From positions 4,672,001 through 4,736,000 of the forward strand of contig CBDCOX010000002.1 of assembly GCA_965219995.1 (NCBI GenBank): DNA of 64,000 nucleotides, written 5' to 3'. The notes beneath the pieces were generated by a model. That model was not told the origin of the DNA. It did no database searches and worked only from the letters and a program-made list of their open reading frames with translations. A program made the position numbers and the translations under genes. The first letter of the stretch is position 1. Every line of letters starts with the position of its first letter. Below, piece after piece: positions 9,222-18,540 of this stretch. The stretch is from Candidatus Latescibacterota bacterium. GTDB taxonomy: Bacteria > Latescibacterota > UBA2968 > GCA-2709665.

Positions 9222-9533
9222 TCACCGCGCGTGAACGTCTTCCTTTCGGCGGCGTTTCTCCTCTGCTATATCGCTGGCGTGTCCCGTGACGACGTCTGGC
9301 GGGCTGGTCCTGATCAATTGCTGCAGGGCCAGCAGGAACAACAGGATGTCTTCGCCATAGCCCAGGTGCGGGAACAGCGCTTCCGGCAACAGATCCACGG
9401 GGGAAATCCCATATAGAATAATCAGGTACACAAGCAGTTTGCTGTACCAAGGCACGCGCGGGTCTCTCATCAGGCGCCAGGAGAGTCTGACATACTGGGG
9501 CAGGCGAAAGAGAATTGAGAAGATGCCGCGCAT
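9222..9533 (-). CDS. YkvA/DUF1232 family membrane protein
   Basis: DPRVPWYSK..YGISPVDLLPE..GYGED motif. Confidence 0.85.
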   Translation of the reverse strand: MRGIFSILFRLPQYVRLSWRLMRDPRVPWYSKLLVYLIILYGISPVDLLPEALFPHLGYGEDILLFLLALQQLIRTSPPDVVTGHASDIAEEKRRRKEDVHAR

Positions 9534-9597
9534 GGCAGTAGCGTGCGGGGACAGGTGGACGTGATTCTCTGCGCGATCGTTCAAGAGGCGGTTTTGC

Positions 9598-10590
9598 CTA
9601 CGGGCTGCCAAGAATGGATCTGACTCTGGGGTGGTTCAACACGTCCGGATTGATGACGTGCGCGGGTTCCCTGCCCTCCATGACATCGGTGAGTTGCCCG
9701 AAGGTCCGGCGGTCCAGGCGTACCGCGGAAGCGTCCGTCATTCCGGCGTTATGGTTGGTACAGATGATGCGGGGGTGTCCCTTGTGGATGGCTCGCGGGC
9801 CGTCAACCGGGTCGTCGACCACGTAGTACCAGAGTCGCTTCTCGACAATGGCGCGGTTGACGGCAATATCGTCTACGAGGGTGCCGCGCGACGGGTTGAT
9901 GAGGGAGGCATGGGGCTGCATGGCACAAAGCAGGTCGTACGTGACGAGGGTGTCGGCGCCGGAAACGTGCAGGGAGACGGTATCGCATTCCCTGAACAGG
10001 TCTATCGGTTCGCCCACGGCCTCCGCCCCGAATCGGGACGCGAGTTCCGCGATGTCCGGCCGGACGTCGTAAACGAGCAGGCGCCCCCTGTCACCGAGGA
10101 GAGGCTTCGCCCGTTCGGCGACCGCCTGACCGATGCGGCCGAAACCATACAGACCAAGTGTGGTCTCGGCGACTTCGTAGGTTCTGATGAGAGAAAAGTC
10201 GCCGCTGTGGGAGAGCCGGTTCAGCGTGTAGAGCCGTTTCATTGTCGCCATCCACTGGGCAATGGCGTATTCTGCGACCGTGACCATGTGCTCGGGAGCA
10301 ATGGTGACGATCACACCGCGGCGCGTCGCCACGTCGAGGTTGACTTTTTCGTAACCCACACCCCATCGGGAGATGATGCGCAGGTCCGGCGCGGCTTCAT
10401 AGAAGCTTTCGTGAATCAGCGCGGAACTCGCGAGAACGCCGACCACGCTGTCTGCTTCGTTTGCCGTCAGTTCGCCGGAGTAATACTCTACACTGGCAAA
10501 GCCGGCCAGTCGTTCCAGTCGCTTCTGCCGGCTGTCGGAGTCGAATTCGGGGTTCCGCATATTGGCGGACAGCAGGATTCTCCGTGGCAT
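9598..10590 (-). CDS. D-isomer-specific 2-hydroxyacid dehydrogenase family protein
   Basis: SRWGVGYEKV, VAEYAI, GFGRIG, INPSRG and HNAG. Confidence 0.85.
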   Translation of the reverse strand: MPRRILLSANMRNPEFDSDSRQKRLERLAGFASVEYYSGELTANEADSVVGVLASSALIHESFYEAAPDLRIISRWGVGYEKVNLDVATRRGVIVTIAPEHMVTVAEYAIAQWMATMKRLYTLNRLSHSGDFSLIRTYEVAETTLGLYGFGRIGQAVAERAKPLLGDRGRLLVYDVRPDIAELASRFGAEAVGEPIDLFRECDTVSLHVSGADTLVTYDLLCAMQPHASLINPSRGTLVDDIAVNRAIVEKRLWYYVVDDPVDGPRAIHKGHPRIICTNHNAGMTDASAVRLDRRTFGQLTDVMEGREPAHVINPDVLNHPRVRSILGSP

Positions 10591-10623
10591 GCAATTCCTT
10601 TACGTGTGAAGTGATGCGGAAGG

Positions 10624-12279
10624 TCAATTGAACCGGTCCACGATTTCCTGTACGATTTCCCGAAGGGCGCTGCGTTGGACCTTGCCCGTAGACGTCATCG
10701 GCAAGCGGTCGGGGCTGAACGGAATGGTCCTGCAGGGCGCTTCGAAGGCGCTCAGGTTCGCCACGTTTCCCGCCAGTCCCTCGCTCAGGATCCGCCCGGC
10801 AGCTTCCACCTGCTTCCCGGGCGCCATGCCGTTGCGGAAGACCAGCGCGGCGCAGACGTCCTGTCCCCAGCGTTCGTCCTCCAGGCCGGTAACGTAGGCT
10901 GCGGCAAGCTCGGGAAAGGCTTCTACAAGGGCGTTTTCGACGGCTATCGGAGAGATGTTTACGCCGCCCTTGATGACGATCTCCTTCTTGCGGCTGTGAA
11001 CGAAATAGTAGTCACGGTTGCCGATCGCGCACCTGTAGCCAACGTCGCCGGTGTGAAACCAACCCTCCCTGAAGACTTCCTCCGTGGCTTCCGGCTGGTT
11101 GAGGTAGCCGCCCGACACAACCGGACCGCGAACCAGGATCTCACCAAGCTCGCCGGGGGGAGGATCTCCTTCGAGGCGGATGTTGTTGTTTTGGAGTTCG
11201 ACTCCCGCGGCGTTCCGCTGAAGCGCCTCCCGGTATTCGTCTTCCGGCAGGTCCGGCGGAACACCGGTGACCCGAAGGCTGACTTCGGTGGTGCCGTAGC
11301 CCTGGATCAGGCGCACGCCGAATCGATCGTGGAAACGCGCCGCGGGGCCCGCGGGTACAGGGGCGCTGCCGATCATTATCTTCGTGAGTGCGGAAATGTC
11401 GTGCCCGGCCGCGTCGAACGCGTCTGCGTCGGCAAGCAGGTCCCGCATGATGGTGGGAACAATGCTGCTTGACGTGGCTTTTTCTTCTGCAATGACGGGC
11501 CAGAAGCCGGAAGCGCTGTATCTGGAGTTGAGAACGAGCGTTCCGCCGGCCATCAGGAGCGCAATTGAAAAGACGGTTGAATTGACGTGATGCAGCGGCA
11601 GCACGAGGCTGAGTCGTTCGGTTTCGTCGAAATGCAGCCAGCGGACGATCCCGTCCGCATTGCTCACGATGCTCTGTCGCGTAAGCAGAACGCCCTTGGG
11701 TTTGCCTGTTGTTCCGGACGTATAAAGGATGATCCCCGCGGCCTGCTCCGCCGCCGGGTCCCCGCTCCATTCCGGTTCCAGGTCCCTGGTCCGGTCGACG
11801 TCGCCCGCGAGCAGAGCATCCGTGGCCGCAATGGGAACTTCCGGTGCAACTTCCCGTTCGGAATCCAGATCATCCGGAAGGACGCACAGCAGTCTGGCGC
11901 GGGAGTCTGCGAGTTTGTATCGTTTTCGATCGGGCGAGTCGCGCCTGAGGTCCAGCGGGACGGCAGTCGCGCCAAGCCGGAAGAGGGCATGGCAGATCAG
12001 AAGGATTTCCGGGCAATTCGGCATGGCCAGGGATACCCGGTCTCCCGGGCCGATGCCATAATCGTCGTGGAGCCGGGCCGCCAGCGCCGCGGTCCGGCGG
12101 TTCAGGTCTCCGTATGCGATCACCGACCGTTTTTCACCGTCCAGGTCGCGGAAGATCACGGCCGCGCGATCTCCGCAATGTTCAGCCCGATGTTGAAGAA
12201 GGCGCGTGAAGTTCGACCATGGAAAGCGATAGACGTGAGGACGTCCATTCTTCGTGCAGGTGAAGATCTCTGGATCCAT
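10624..12279 (-). CDS. Class I adenylate-forming enzyme (acyl-CoA ligase-like)
   Basis: YTSGTTGKPKG, QGYGTTE, GWFHTGD, KGGVNI and TSTGKV. Confidence 0.9.
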   Translation of the reverse strand: MDPEIFTCTKNGRPHVYRFPWSNFTRLLQHRAEHCGDRAAVIFRDLDGEKRSVIAYGDLNRRTAALAARLHDDYGIGPGDRVSLAMPNCPEILLICHALFRLGATAVPLDLRRDSPDRKRYKLADSRARLLCVLPDDLDSEREVAPEVPIAATDALLAGDVDRTRDLEPEWSGDPAAEQAAGIILYTSGTTGKPKGVLLTRQSIVSNADGIVRWLHFDETERLSLVLPLHHVNSTVFSIALLMAGGTLVLNSRYSASGFWPVIAEEKATSSSIVPTIMRDLLADADAFDAAGHDISALTKIMIGSAPVPAGPAARFHDRFGVRLIQGYGTTEVSLRVTGVPPDLPEDEYREALQRNAAGVELQNNNIRLEGDPPPGELGEILVRGPVVSGGYLNQPEATEEVFREGWFHTGDVGYRCAIGNRDYYFVHSRKKEIVIKGGVNISPIAVENALVEAFPELAAAYVTGLEDERWGQDVCAALVFRNGMAPGKQVEAAGRILSEGLAGNVANLSAFEAPCRTIPFSPDRLPMTSTGKVQRSALREIVQEIVDRFN

Positions 12280-12313
12280 AAAGATTGGACCGCGTGACGC
12301 AGGCAACGGATAG

Positions 12314-12473
12314 CAGTCCGTTGGAAAAGTCGCTCTGCAGGCGAGGCCGAGTCATTGTGGCCGAAGACAAGACGCGCGACCGATGCGAATCCCTGGATTC
12401 GGGGAGGGAGCGCAACGCCGTATTTCGGTCACAAGGGCCGGACGCAGACCGGATGGACTTTTTCAACGGGCTG
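12314..12473. mobile_element. 160-bp MITE with 18-bp imperfect TIRs and 4-bp target duplication ATAG
   Basis: Left TIR CAGTCCGTTGGAAAAGTC and right TIR GACTTTTTCAACGGGCTG (16/18 complementary). ATAG at 12310-12313 and 12474-12477. Confidence 0.8.
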
Positions 12474-12495
12474 ATAGGGCGCCGGGAACTCCGAT

Positions 12496-13587
12496 TCAGG
12501 GCCCGCCCGAGTCACACCGGGCCCGGTGGACGAGATGGTGGTCGGCCAGGACGAGCGCGATCATGGCCTCAACCATCGGCACCGCACGGGGCAGTACGCA
12601 GGGGTCGTGGCGGCCGCGGCCCGATAACGTGGCCGGGTCTCCGTGAATGTCCACGGTCTCCTGGGACCTGAGGATGGTTGCCGTCGGTTTGAAGGCGGCG
12701 CGGACGACGATGTTTTCGCCATTGGAAATGCCGCCCTGAATACCGCCGGAACGGTTCGTGCGAGTGCGTATCCGTTCTCCATCGTTGTAGAACGCGTCAT
12801 TGTGGCCGGAACCGGTCAGCGTCGCGCCGCCAAACCCGGACCCGATCTCAAATCCCTTGCACGCCGGCAGAGACAGGACGGCCTTGCCCAGTTCCGCCTC
12901 CAGTTTGTCGAATACGGGTTCGCCAAGTCCCGGCGGCACGTTGCGCGCGATGGCTTCCACAACGCCGCCGAGGGAGTCGCCGTCTTTTCGTGCCTGTTCG
13001 ATCTGCCCGATCATCCGGTCCGCAGTTTCGGAATCGGGGCAGCGCACGATATTGGATTCAATCTGGTCCCGGGTGACGGTGTCGGGATCGGCACAGGCGA
13101 TCAGGTCCCGTACGCTCTTGACAAAGGCCAGGATCTCCACGCCAAGCGCCTGGTGCAGAATCTTGCGCGCGATCGCGCCGGCCGCCACGCGACCGATGGT
13201 CTCGCGTGCACTGGCCCGCCCGCCGCCCTGCCAGTCCCGGATCCCGTATTTTGCCTGATAGGTGTAGTCGGCGTGAGACGGACGGTATTTTACCCGCATC
13301 TCCTCGTAATCTTTGGATCGGGCGTCTTTGTTCCTGACGATCAGCGAGATGGGCGTGCCCAGGGTCTTGCCTTCGAAGACGCCGGACAGGATCTCGACGC
13401 GGTCCTCTTCCTTTCGCTGGGTGGTAATCCTGCTCTGCCCGGGTCTGCGCCGGTCCAGTTCCGTCTGAATCTCACCGACTTCGATCTCGAGATTGGGCGG
13501 GCAGCCGTCAATAACGACGCCCACGCCGCCGCCATGGGACTCGCCCCAGGTGGTGATGCGGAAGAGATGGCCGAAAGTGTTGCCCAT
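12496..13587 (-). CDS. aroC: Chorismate synthase
   Basis: [33 protein letters not shown] and GRHDPC. Confidence 0.98.
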   Translation of the reverse strand: MGNTFGHLFRITTWGESHGGGVGVVIDGCPPNLEIEVGEIQTELDRRRPGQSRITTQRKEEDRVEILSGVFEGKTLGTPISLIVRNKDARSKDYEEMRVKYRPSHADYTYQAKYGIRDWQGGGRASARETIGRVAAGAIARKILHQALGVEILAFVKSVRDLIACADPDTVTRDQIESNIVRCPDSETADRMIGQIEQARKDGDSLGGVVEAIARNVPPGLGEPVFDKLEAELGKAVLSLPACKGFEIGSGFGGATLTGSGHNDAFYNDGERIRTRTNRSGGIQGGISNGENIVVRAAFKPTATILRSQETVDIHGDPATLSGRGRHDPCVLPRAVPMVEAMIALVLADHHLVHRARCDSGGP

Positions 13588-13653
13588 GCGGCGTTCGCTC
13601 CGTGTTTTGTGCGCCTGGATTCCCAGCTCGTTCGCACCGCCGGAAACGGCCTC

Positions 13654-13682
13654 AATTTACCGGATTCCCAAATGCGGGTCAA
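13654..13682 (-). promoter_or_regulatory. Putative sigma70 promoter for aroC
   Basis: Minus strand TTGACC-N17-TAAATT. Confidence 0.55.
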
Positions 13683-13754
13683 GCAAAAGTCTGCGCGTGA
13701 AAGCGCGGATTTGCGCCCGCCCCACCCTGTTGGAAGCCCCCGACCCGCGACATC

Positions 13755-13783
13755 TTGACAGCGTCCCGACGCGGGCCTATCTT
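13755..13783 (+). promoter_or_regulatory. Putative sigma70 promoter for the creatininase-family gene
   Basis: TTGACA-N17-TATCTT. Confidence 0.6.
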
Positions 13784-13815
13784 GTGCTCGCCGACAGAAT
13801 GAACCGGAGGTCCGA

Positions 13816-14604
13816 ATGGCGGAGCGCTACTCAGGAATTCTCGAAGAAATGACCATCGACCAGGTTCGGGGGCTCAAGCCGGACGTTGCCGTCATTCCGA
13901 TCGGATCGACGGAACCGCACGGCCCGGCGCTGCCGTACGGTACCGACAGCTATCGGGCCGAAGCAATCGCCTGCGGCGCCACCCGGGAGGCGAACTGCCG
14001 GGGCGGCCGGGTGATCTGCCTGCCCACCGTCCGGGTCAGCCTGAACAACAATTTTCGCGCCTTTCCGTTCGCCTGCCGCATGGAGGTGTCGACGTTCATG
14101 GCGCTGCTGAAGGACCTCGTAAGAATGTGCGAGGCGGACGGCATCGAGAAGGTCGTATTCGTCAATGCCCACGGAGGCAATCCGGACGTGATCCGGGCGG
14201 CAATGCGGGACCTGGCCGCGGACGACGGCGCATTCGTCTGCATGATCCAGGCCTCTTCGTGCGCGTCGCCGGAGGCGCGGCAGGTCTGCGAAAAACCGAG
14301 CGACCACGCGGGCGAGGAGGAAACGTCGCAAATGCTCTACCTGCGGCCCGACCTCGTCCGAAAGGCAAAGATCGGCGACAATCCGCGGAGGCAGCCCGAG
14401 CTCGAGGTCCTGTCGGAGTTCCAGGTGGATTTCGTGAGACCGTGGCATCTTTACATGCCGGCATCCGCCGGCGGCGACGCAAGCCGCGCTACCCGGGAAA
14501 AGGGAAAGATCGTCATCGATTCAAGTATCGAGGGAACGGGCAGGTTTCTGGCAGAACTGTCCAGGGCCGACAGGGATCGCAATTTCCCTTACCCGCCCGA
14601 TTAA
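13816..14604 (+). CDS. Creatininase family amidohydrolase
   Basis: PIGSTEPHGPALPYGTD, NAHGGN and DHAGEEETS. Confidence 0.9.
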   Translation: MAERYSGILEEMTIDQVRGLKPDVAVIPIGSTEPHGPALPYGTDSYRAEAIACGATREANCRGGRVICLPTVRVSLNNNFRAFPFACRMEVSTFMALLKDLVRMCEADGIEKVVFVNAHGGNPDVIRAAMRDLAADDGAFVCMIQASSCASPEARQVCEKPSDHAGEEETSQMLYLRPDLVRKAKIGDNPRRQPELEVLSEFQVDFVRPWHLYMPASAGGDASRATREKGKIVIDSSIEGTGRFLAELSRADRDRNFPYPPD

Positions 14605-14668
14605 TTCATTAACCGTGAATAAACATGGATGGACAGGATTGAATTTCGCGTGAGCAGCAGAGGATATT

Positions 14669-15766
14669 ATGATCAACTACAGCAATCTGGGCGTAAGACC
14701 GTTCATCAATGCCAGCGGGACGATTACAACCCTCGGCGGCAGCCTGATGCATCCGGAAGTCCTGGACGCGATGCAGGCGGCGGCGGGGGCGTTCGTGGAC
14801 CTTCCGGAACTGAACGAAAGGGCGGGGCGATACCTGGCCGAAAAAATCGGCGTTGAAGCGGCATTCGTCTCCTGTGGCGCGGCAAGCGGGATGCAGCTTT
14901 CGGCCGCGGCGTGCCTGACGGGCACCGACGCGGAAAAGGTCCGGTCGCTGCCGCATACCGAAGGTTGGAGGAACGAGTTCGTGGTCAGTCTCGTGGACTC
15001 CCATACGTACATTCACCAGGGGATCGAGATCTGCGGCGGGAGACTGGTGCGGGTGGGCAGCAGGACGGAGGTGACGGCCGGGGACATCCTCGGCGGCATC
15101 AGCGACCGGACAGCGGCCGTCGTCCATTTCCTGGGCATGCAGAGCAAGGCGCAGCTCAAGGAGGTGATTGCCGGGGCGAATCGTGCCGGGGTCCCTGTGC
15201 TTGTCGACGCCGCGGCGCAGCTTCCGCCGAGGACGAACCTGACGGAGATTGCAGATATCGGCGCGAGCCTTGTAGTCTTCAGCGGAGGCAAGGGACTGAG
15301 GGGGCCGCAGTGCACGGGCCTGGTTCTGGGAAAAAGAGAATACGTGGACGCGGCCAGGCTGAATGCCAGCCCATTCAGCGCGGTCGGGCGCGGCATGAAG
15401 GTTGGAAAGGAAGAGATTCTCGGGCTGTTGGCGGCCGTTGATCTGTTTCTGGCGGGAAGCGACGACCAGGACCGGGCCACGTGGCGCCAACAGGCGAAAC
15501 GGGTCGTGGCGGCAGTGTCCGAAATTCCTGGCGTCGAGGCATATGTCCTGGGAGAGGGCCAGCAGGCGGCGCCCGATTTCGCTCCCAGGGCGTACGTGGA
15601 TCTTCCCGAGTCTGAAACCCGCGAGGTGATTCGGGCGATGCGTGAGGGAGACCCTCAGGTGGTGGTCCGTTCGAGCGGAAGTGGAATCGTTGTGGATCCG
15701 ATGACGCTGGCGCCCGGCGAGGAGGAGGTCGTCGGCCGTCGTCTGAAGGAAGTGCTGCGCAGATGA
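14669..15766 (+). CDS. SelA-like PLP-dependent enzyme (DgaE-type ammonia-lyase family)
   Basis: INASGTITTLGGS, VDAAA, FSGGK (PLP lysine) and GRGMKVGKEE. Lacks the N-terminal domain of true SelA. Confidence 0.85.
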   Translation: MINYSNLGVRPFINASGTITTLGGSLMHPEVLDAMQAAAGAFVDLPELNERAGRYLAEKIGVEAAFVSCGAASGMQLSAAACLTGTDAEKVRSLPHTEGWRNEFVVSLVDSHTYIHQGIEICGGRLVRVGSRTEVTAGDILGGISDRTAAVVHFLGMQSKAQLKEVIAGANRAGVPVLVDAAAQLPPRTNLTEIADIGASLVVFSGGKGLRGPQCTGLVLGKREYVDAARLNASPFSAVGRGMKVGKEEILGLLAAVDLFLAGSDDQDRATWRQQAKRVVAAVSEIPGVEAYVLGEGQQAAPDFAPRAYVDLPESETREVIRAMREGDPQVVVRSSGSGIVVDPMTLAPGEEEVVGRRLKEVLRR

Positions 15767-16599
15767 TCGACGCCCATCTGCACATTGGACACCATGGCAG
15801 GAGTCTCGAGGATACGATCCGGCACATCGAAGGCATCGGGGCGGAGAAAGCCGTATTCCTGCCGATCGAGACAGCCGACCGGGAATACGAATGGCTCTCG
15901 GAAACCGTGGCGATGGCGCATGAGCGATACCCGGACAAAGTCATTCCCTTCTGCCACGTGGACGTGACGCGGGAAGACGCGGTTGCGGAACTCGAACGAC
16001 GCGCGCGGCCGGGGGTGTTCAGGGGGTACGGAGAACAGAAGCAGCACGTGCCATTGAATCATCCGGGTCTGGAACGCGTGCTGGCTTTCTGCAATGAAAT
16101 GCGCTGGCCCGTCACGTGGCATTTTCAGGAGGGGAGCCGGGGTTACAACCAGGGGATCGGACATCTGGAGTCGCTGGTGCGCAAGTTCCGCGATATCAGG
16201 TTTATCGGACACGCGCAGTCCTGGTGGGCCAATATCAGCGCGGACGTGCCGCCGCCCGAGGAGACGATGTACCCGCGAGGGCCGGTGGTACCGGGCGGAC
16301 TGGCGGACCGGCTGCTGTCCGATTACGAAAACGTGTATGCGGATCTGTCCGCAGGGTCGGGACTGGGAGCCGTCACACGCGACGAGGCGTTCGGCAGGGA
16401 CTTTCTGATGCGCCACCGGCGGAAACTGCTGTTCGCTACCGATTGCCCGTGTGTGGATGGAAAGGGAACCGATTACGCGCCCGGTTGTTTCGCGGCGAAG
16501 AGCCTGCCCTTTCTGAGACGAATGGTGGAAGATCCGGAAGCGCTGGAGGATATCCTGCACCGGAACGCGGTGCGCGTGATCGGGCTGGATGAGGGTTAA
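15763..16599 (+). CDS. Amidohydrolase family 2 protein
   Basis: IDAHLH, GEQK, FIGH, YADLSAGSG and LLFATD. ATGA overlap with the upstream gene. Confidence 0.88.
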   Translation: MIDAHLHIGHHGRSLEDTIRHIEGIGAEKAVFLPIETADREYEWLSETVAMAHERYPDKVIPFCHVDVTREDAVAELERRARPGVFRGYGEQKQHVPLNHPGLERVLAFCNEMRWPVTWHFQEGSRGYNQGIGHLESLVRKFRDIRFIGHAQSWWANISADVPPPEETMYPRGPVVPGGLADRLLSDYENVYADLSAGSGLGAVTRDEAFGRDFLMRHRRKLLFATDCPCVDGKGTDYAPGCFAAKSLPFLRRMVEDPEALEDILHRNAVRVIGLDEG

Positions 16600-16675
16600 C
16601 CCGTTAATTTTCCGGACTCGAACAAACATGGATGGACAGGATGGACAGGATAAGAGCCTCAAGAAGAGAACGAAT

Positions 16676-16697
16676 GTAGGGGCGACCCTTGTGGTCG
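16676..16697 (+). repeat. GTAG-type REP, truncated at 3' end
   Basis: GTAGGGGCGACCCTTGTGGTCG lacks the closing CCC seen in the copies at 32257 and 32673. Confidence 0.7.
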
Positions 16698-16704
16698 GTA
16701 AGAG

Positions 16705-16948
16705 GCGGTAAGAGGGTAGACGTTAGACGGTAGATGACATCCTTGCACCATAGGTTCTTACTCAATGCCTCTGGCAAGATGTGAAACCACACGGGGCAAT
16801 AGAACCGGTGAGACGTAAGAGGGTAGACGGTAGATGAAGACATTTATAGCAGTGTTTCTACACAAACCGTGCCTGCTAATTTACCGTTATCGTAGCAATC
16901 AAGAAAAACCATAGGGCACTCACGGTATCTCCCGTCTCCCGTCTCACC
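16705..16948. mobile_element. ~245-bp heptamer-ended element (copy 2)
   Basis: Collinear with 7793-8043: TCCTTGC, ATGCCTCTGGC, GGGCAATA, GGTAGACGGTAGATGA, AACCGTGCCTG, TATCGTA, GAAAAACCATA, CACTCAC. Confidence 0.7.
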
Positions 16949-17001
16949 ATGGAAGAGGGGCCGGGTGGGAAGTCTCCCCGCCTTCAGTCTGAGATTCTGA
17001 A

Positions 17002-18453
17002 ATGTCCATCGCAATAAAAAATATTGACCTGAACGTCCTGAACATGAAAGCGCGGATGCCGTTCCGGTACGGGATCGCGTCTCTCGTGGCTGTACCCCAT
17101 CTCTTCGTCCGGGTGACCGCGGAGATCAACGGACGCCGTGAAGTCGGGCTCGCGGCGGACGGGCTCCCGCCGAAGTGGTTCACCAAGAACCCGGAAGCGT
17201 CATTCGAAGACGACCTTGATGAAATGCTGGCGGTCATCCGCCATGCATGCCGTCTGGCTCTGTCCGCGGCCGGTGCGAAAACCGTCTATGATTTCTGGCG
17301 CGAGATCTACAACGGTCAGAAGGAATGGGCCCTGTCCACACCGTACCCGCCACTGCTGTGGGGATTCGGCGTAAGCCTGGTGGAGCGCGCGCTCATCGAC
17401 GCGTTCTGCCGGGCAACCGGGGCCGCGTTCGGTTGTGCACTGCGAGAGAACGGATTCGGCATTCGGCTCGACGATTTACAGCCCGATCTGGAGGGGGTCG
17501 AAGCCGCGGCGCTGCTGCCCGAACGCGCGAGCAGGTCGATTCTGGCGCGCCACACCGTGGGGTTGACCGATCCCCTGACAGACGCCGACGTCCCGGCGGA
17601 CGAGCGTGTGGAAGACGGCCTGCCGCAATCTCTCGAAGCCAGTATAAAGGCGTATGGCTTGACCCATCTGAAGATCAAGTTGTGCGGCGATGCGGACCGG
17701 GACGCGGACCGGCTGAGGAAGATCGCCGGATTGATGGAACGACATTCCGCGTCTGACTACGCACATACGCTCGACGGGAACGAGCAATATACTGAAATAG
17801 ATCCGTTCCGTGCGCTGTGGGAATCCGTCACGGCGGATCCGTCGCTCGATCGGTTCATGGAGCGGTTGTTATTCGTGGAGCAGCCCCTGAGGCGCGACGT
17901 GGCTCTCGGCGAGACCGTAGGCGGCGCACTGCGCGACTGGACCGGTCGCCCGCCCATGATCATCGATGAGTCTGACGGGACGCTGACCAGCGCGGCGGAG
18001 GCGCTGGAACTGGGATATGCGGGAACCAGCCACAAGAACTGCAAAGGGGTCTTCAAAGGCGTTTCCAGCGCATGTCTTATCGCAGACAGGCGAAAGAATG
18101 ATCCAGGTCGGACGTATATCCTCAGCAGCGAGGATCTGGGCAACGTCGGCCCGGTTGCGCTGCTGCAGGACCTGGCGGTGGCTGCAAGCCTTGGCGTGGG
18201 CCATACGGAGCGCAACGGTCACCACTATTTCACAGGCTTGAGTATGTATCCCCGGGAGGTACAGGCGCAGGTACTCCGGCATCACGGCACGCTCTACCGC
18301 CGGCACGAAGCGGGATTTCCCACCCTGGACCTTCAGGATGGCCGGCTGAACATCGCAAGCATCGTCGATGCGCCGTTCGGTTACGGGTTCGACCTGGACA
18401 CCTCGAGGTTTACACCGCTGGAAGACTGGTCGGCGGCCTCTCTGGACCTTTGA
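17002..18453 (+). CDS. Enolase (mandelate racemase-like) superfamily protein
   Basis: KIK motif and metal ligands in LDGNEQ, VEQP and IDES. Confidence 0.7.
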   Translation: MSIAIKNIDLNVLNMKARMPFRYGIASLVAVPHLFVRVTAEINGRREVGLAADGLPPKWFTKNPEASFEDDLDEMLAVIRHACRLALSAAGAKTVYDFWREIYNGQKEWALSTPYPPLLWGFGVSLVERALIDAFCRATGAAFGCALRENGFGIRLDDLQPDLEGVEAAALLPERASRSILARHTVGLTDPLTDADVPADERVEDGLPQSLEASIKAYGLTHLKIKLCGDADRDADRLRKIAGLMERHSASDYAHTLDGNEQYTEIDPFRALWESVTADPSLDRFMERLLFVEQPLRRDVALGETVGGALRDWTGRPPMIIDESDGTLTSAAEALELGYAGTSHKNCKGVFKGVSSACLIADRRKNDPGRTYILSSEDLGNVGPVALLQDLAVAASLGVGHTERNGHHYFTGLSMYPREVQAQVLRHHGTLYRRHEAGFPTLDLQDGRLNIASIVDAPFGYGFDLDTSRFTPLEDWSAASLDL

Positions 18454-18540
18454 GGGTCCACGGTCCGTAACCTTTGCTCATTGCCAACAGATCCATCGCA
18501 GCTCAATTGAAGGCGATCGCCCGTTTCCCCGGAGACACGC

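Noticed and set aside
14669-15766. Selenocysteine synthase SelA supporting UGA recoding
   Set aside because: It is short, lacks the SelA N-terminal domain, has DgaE-type motifs and has no selB/selC/selD nearby. It gives no support for Sec at 38899.
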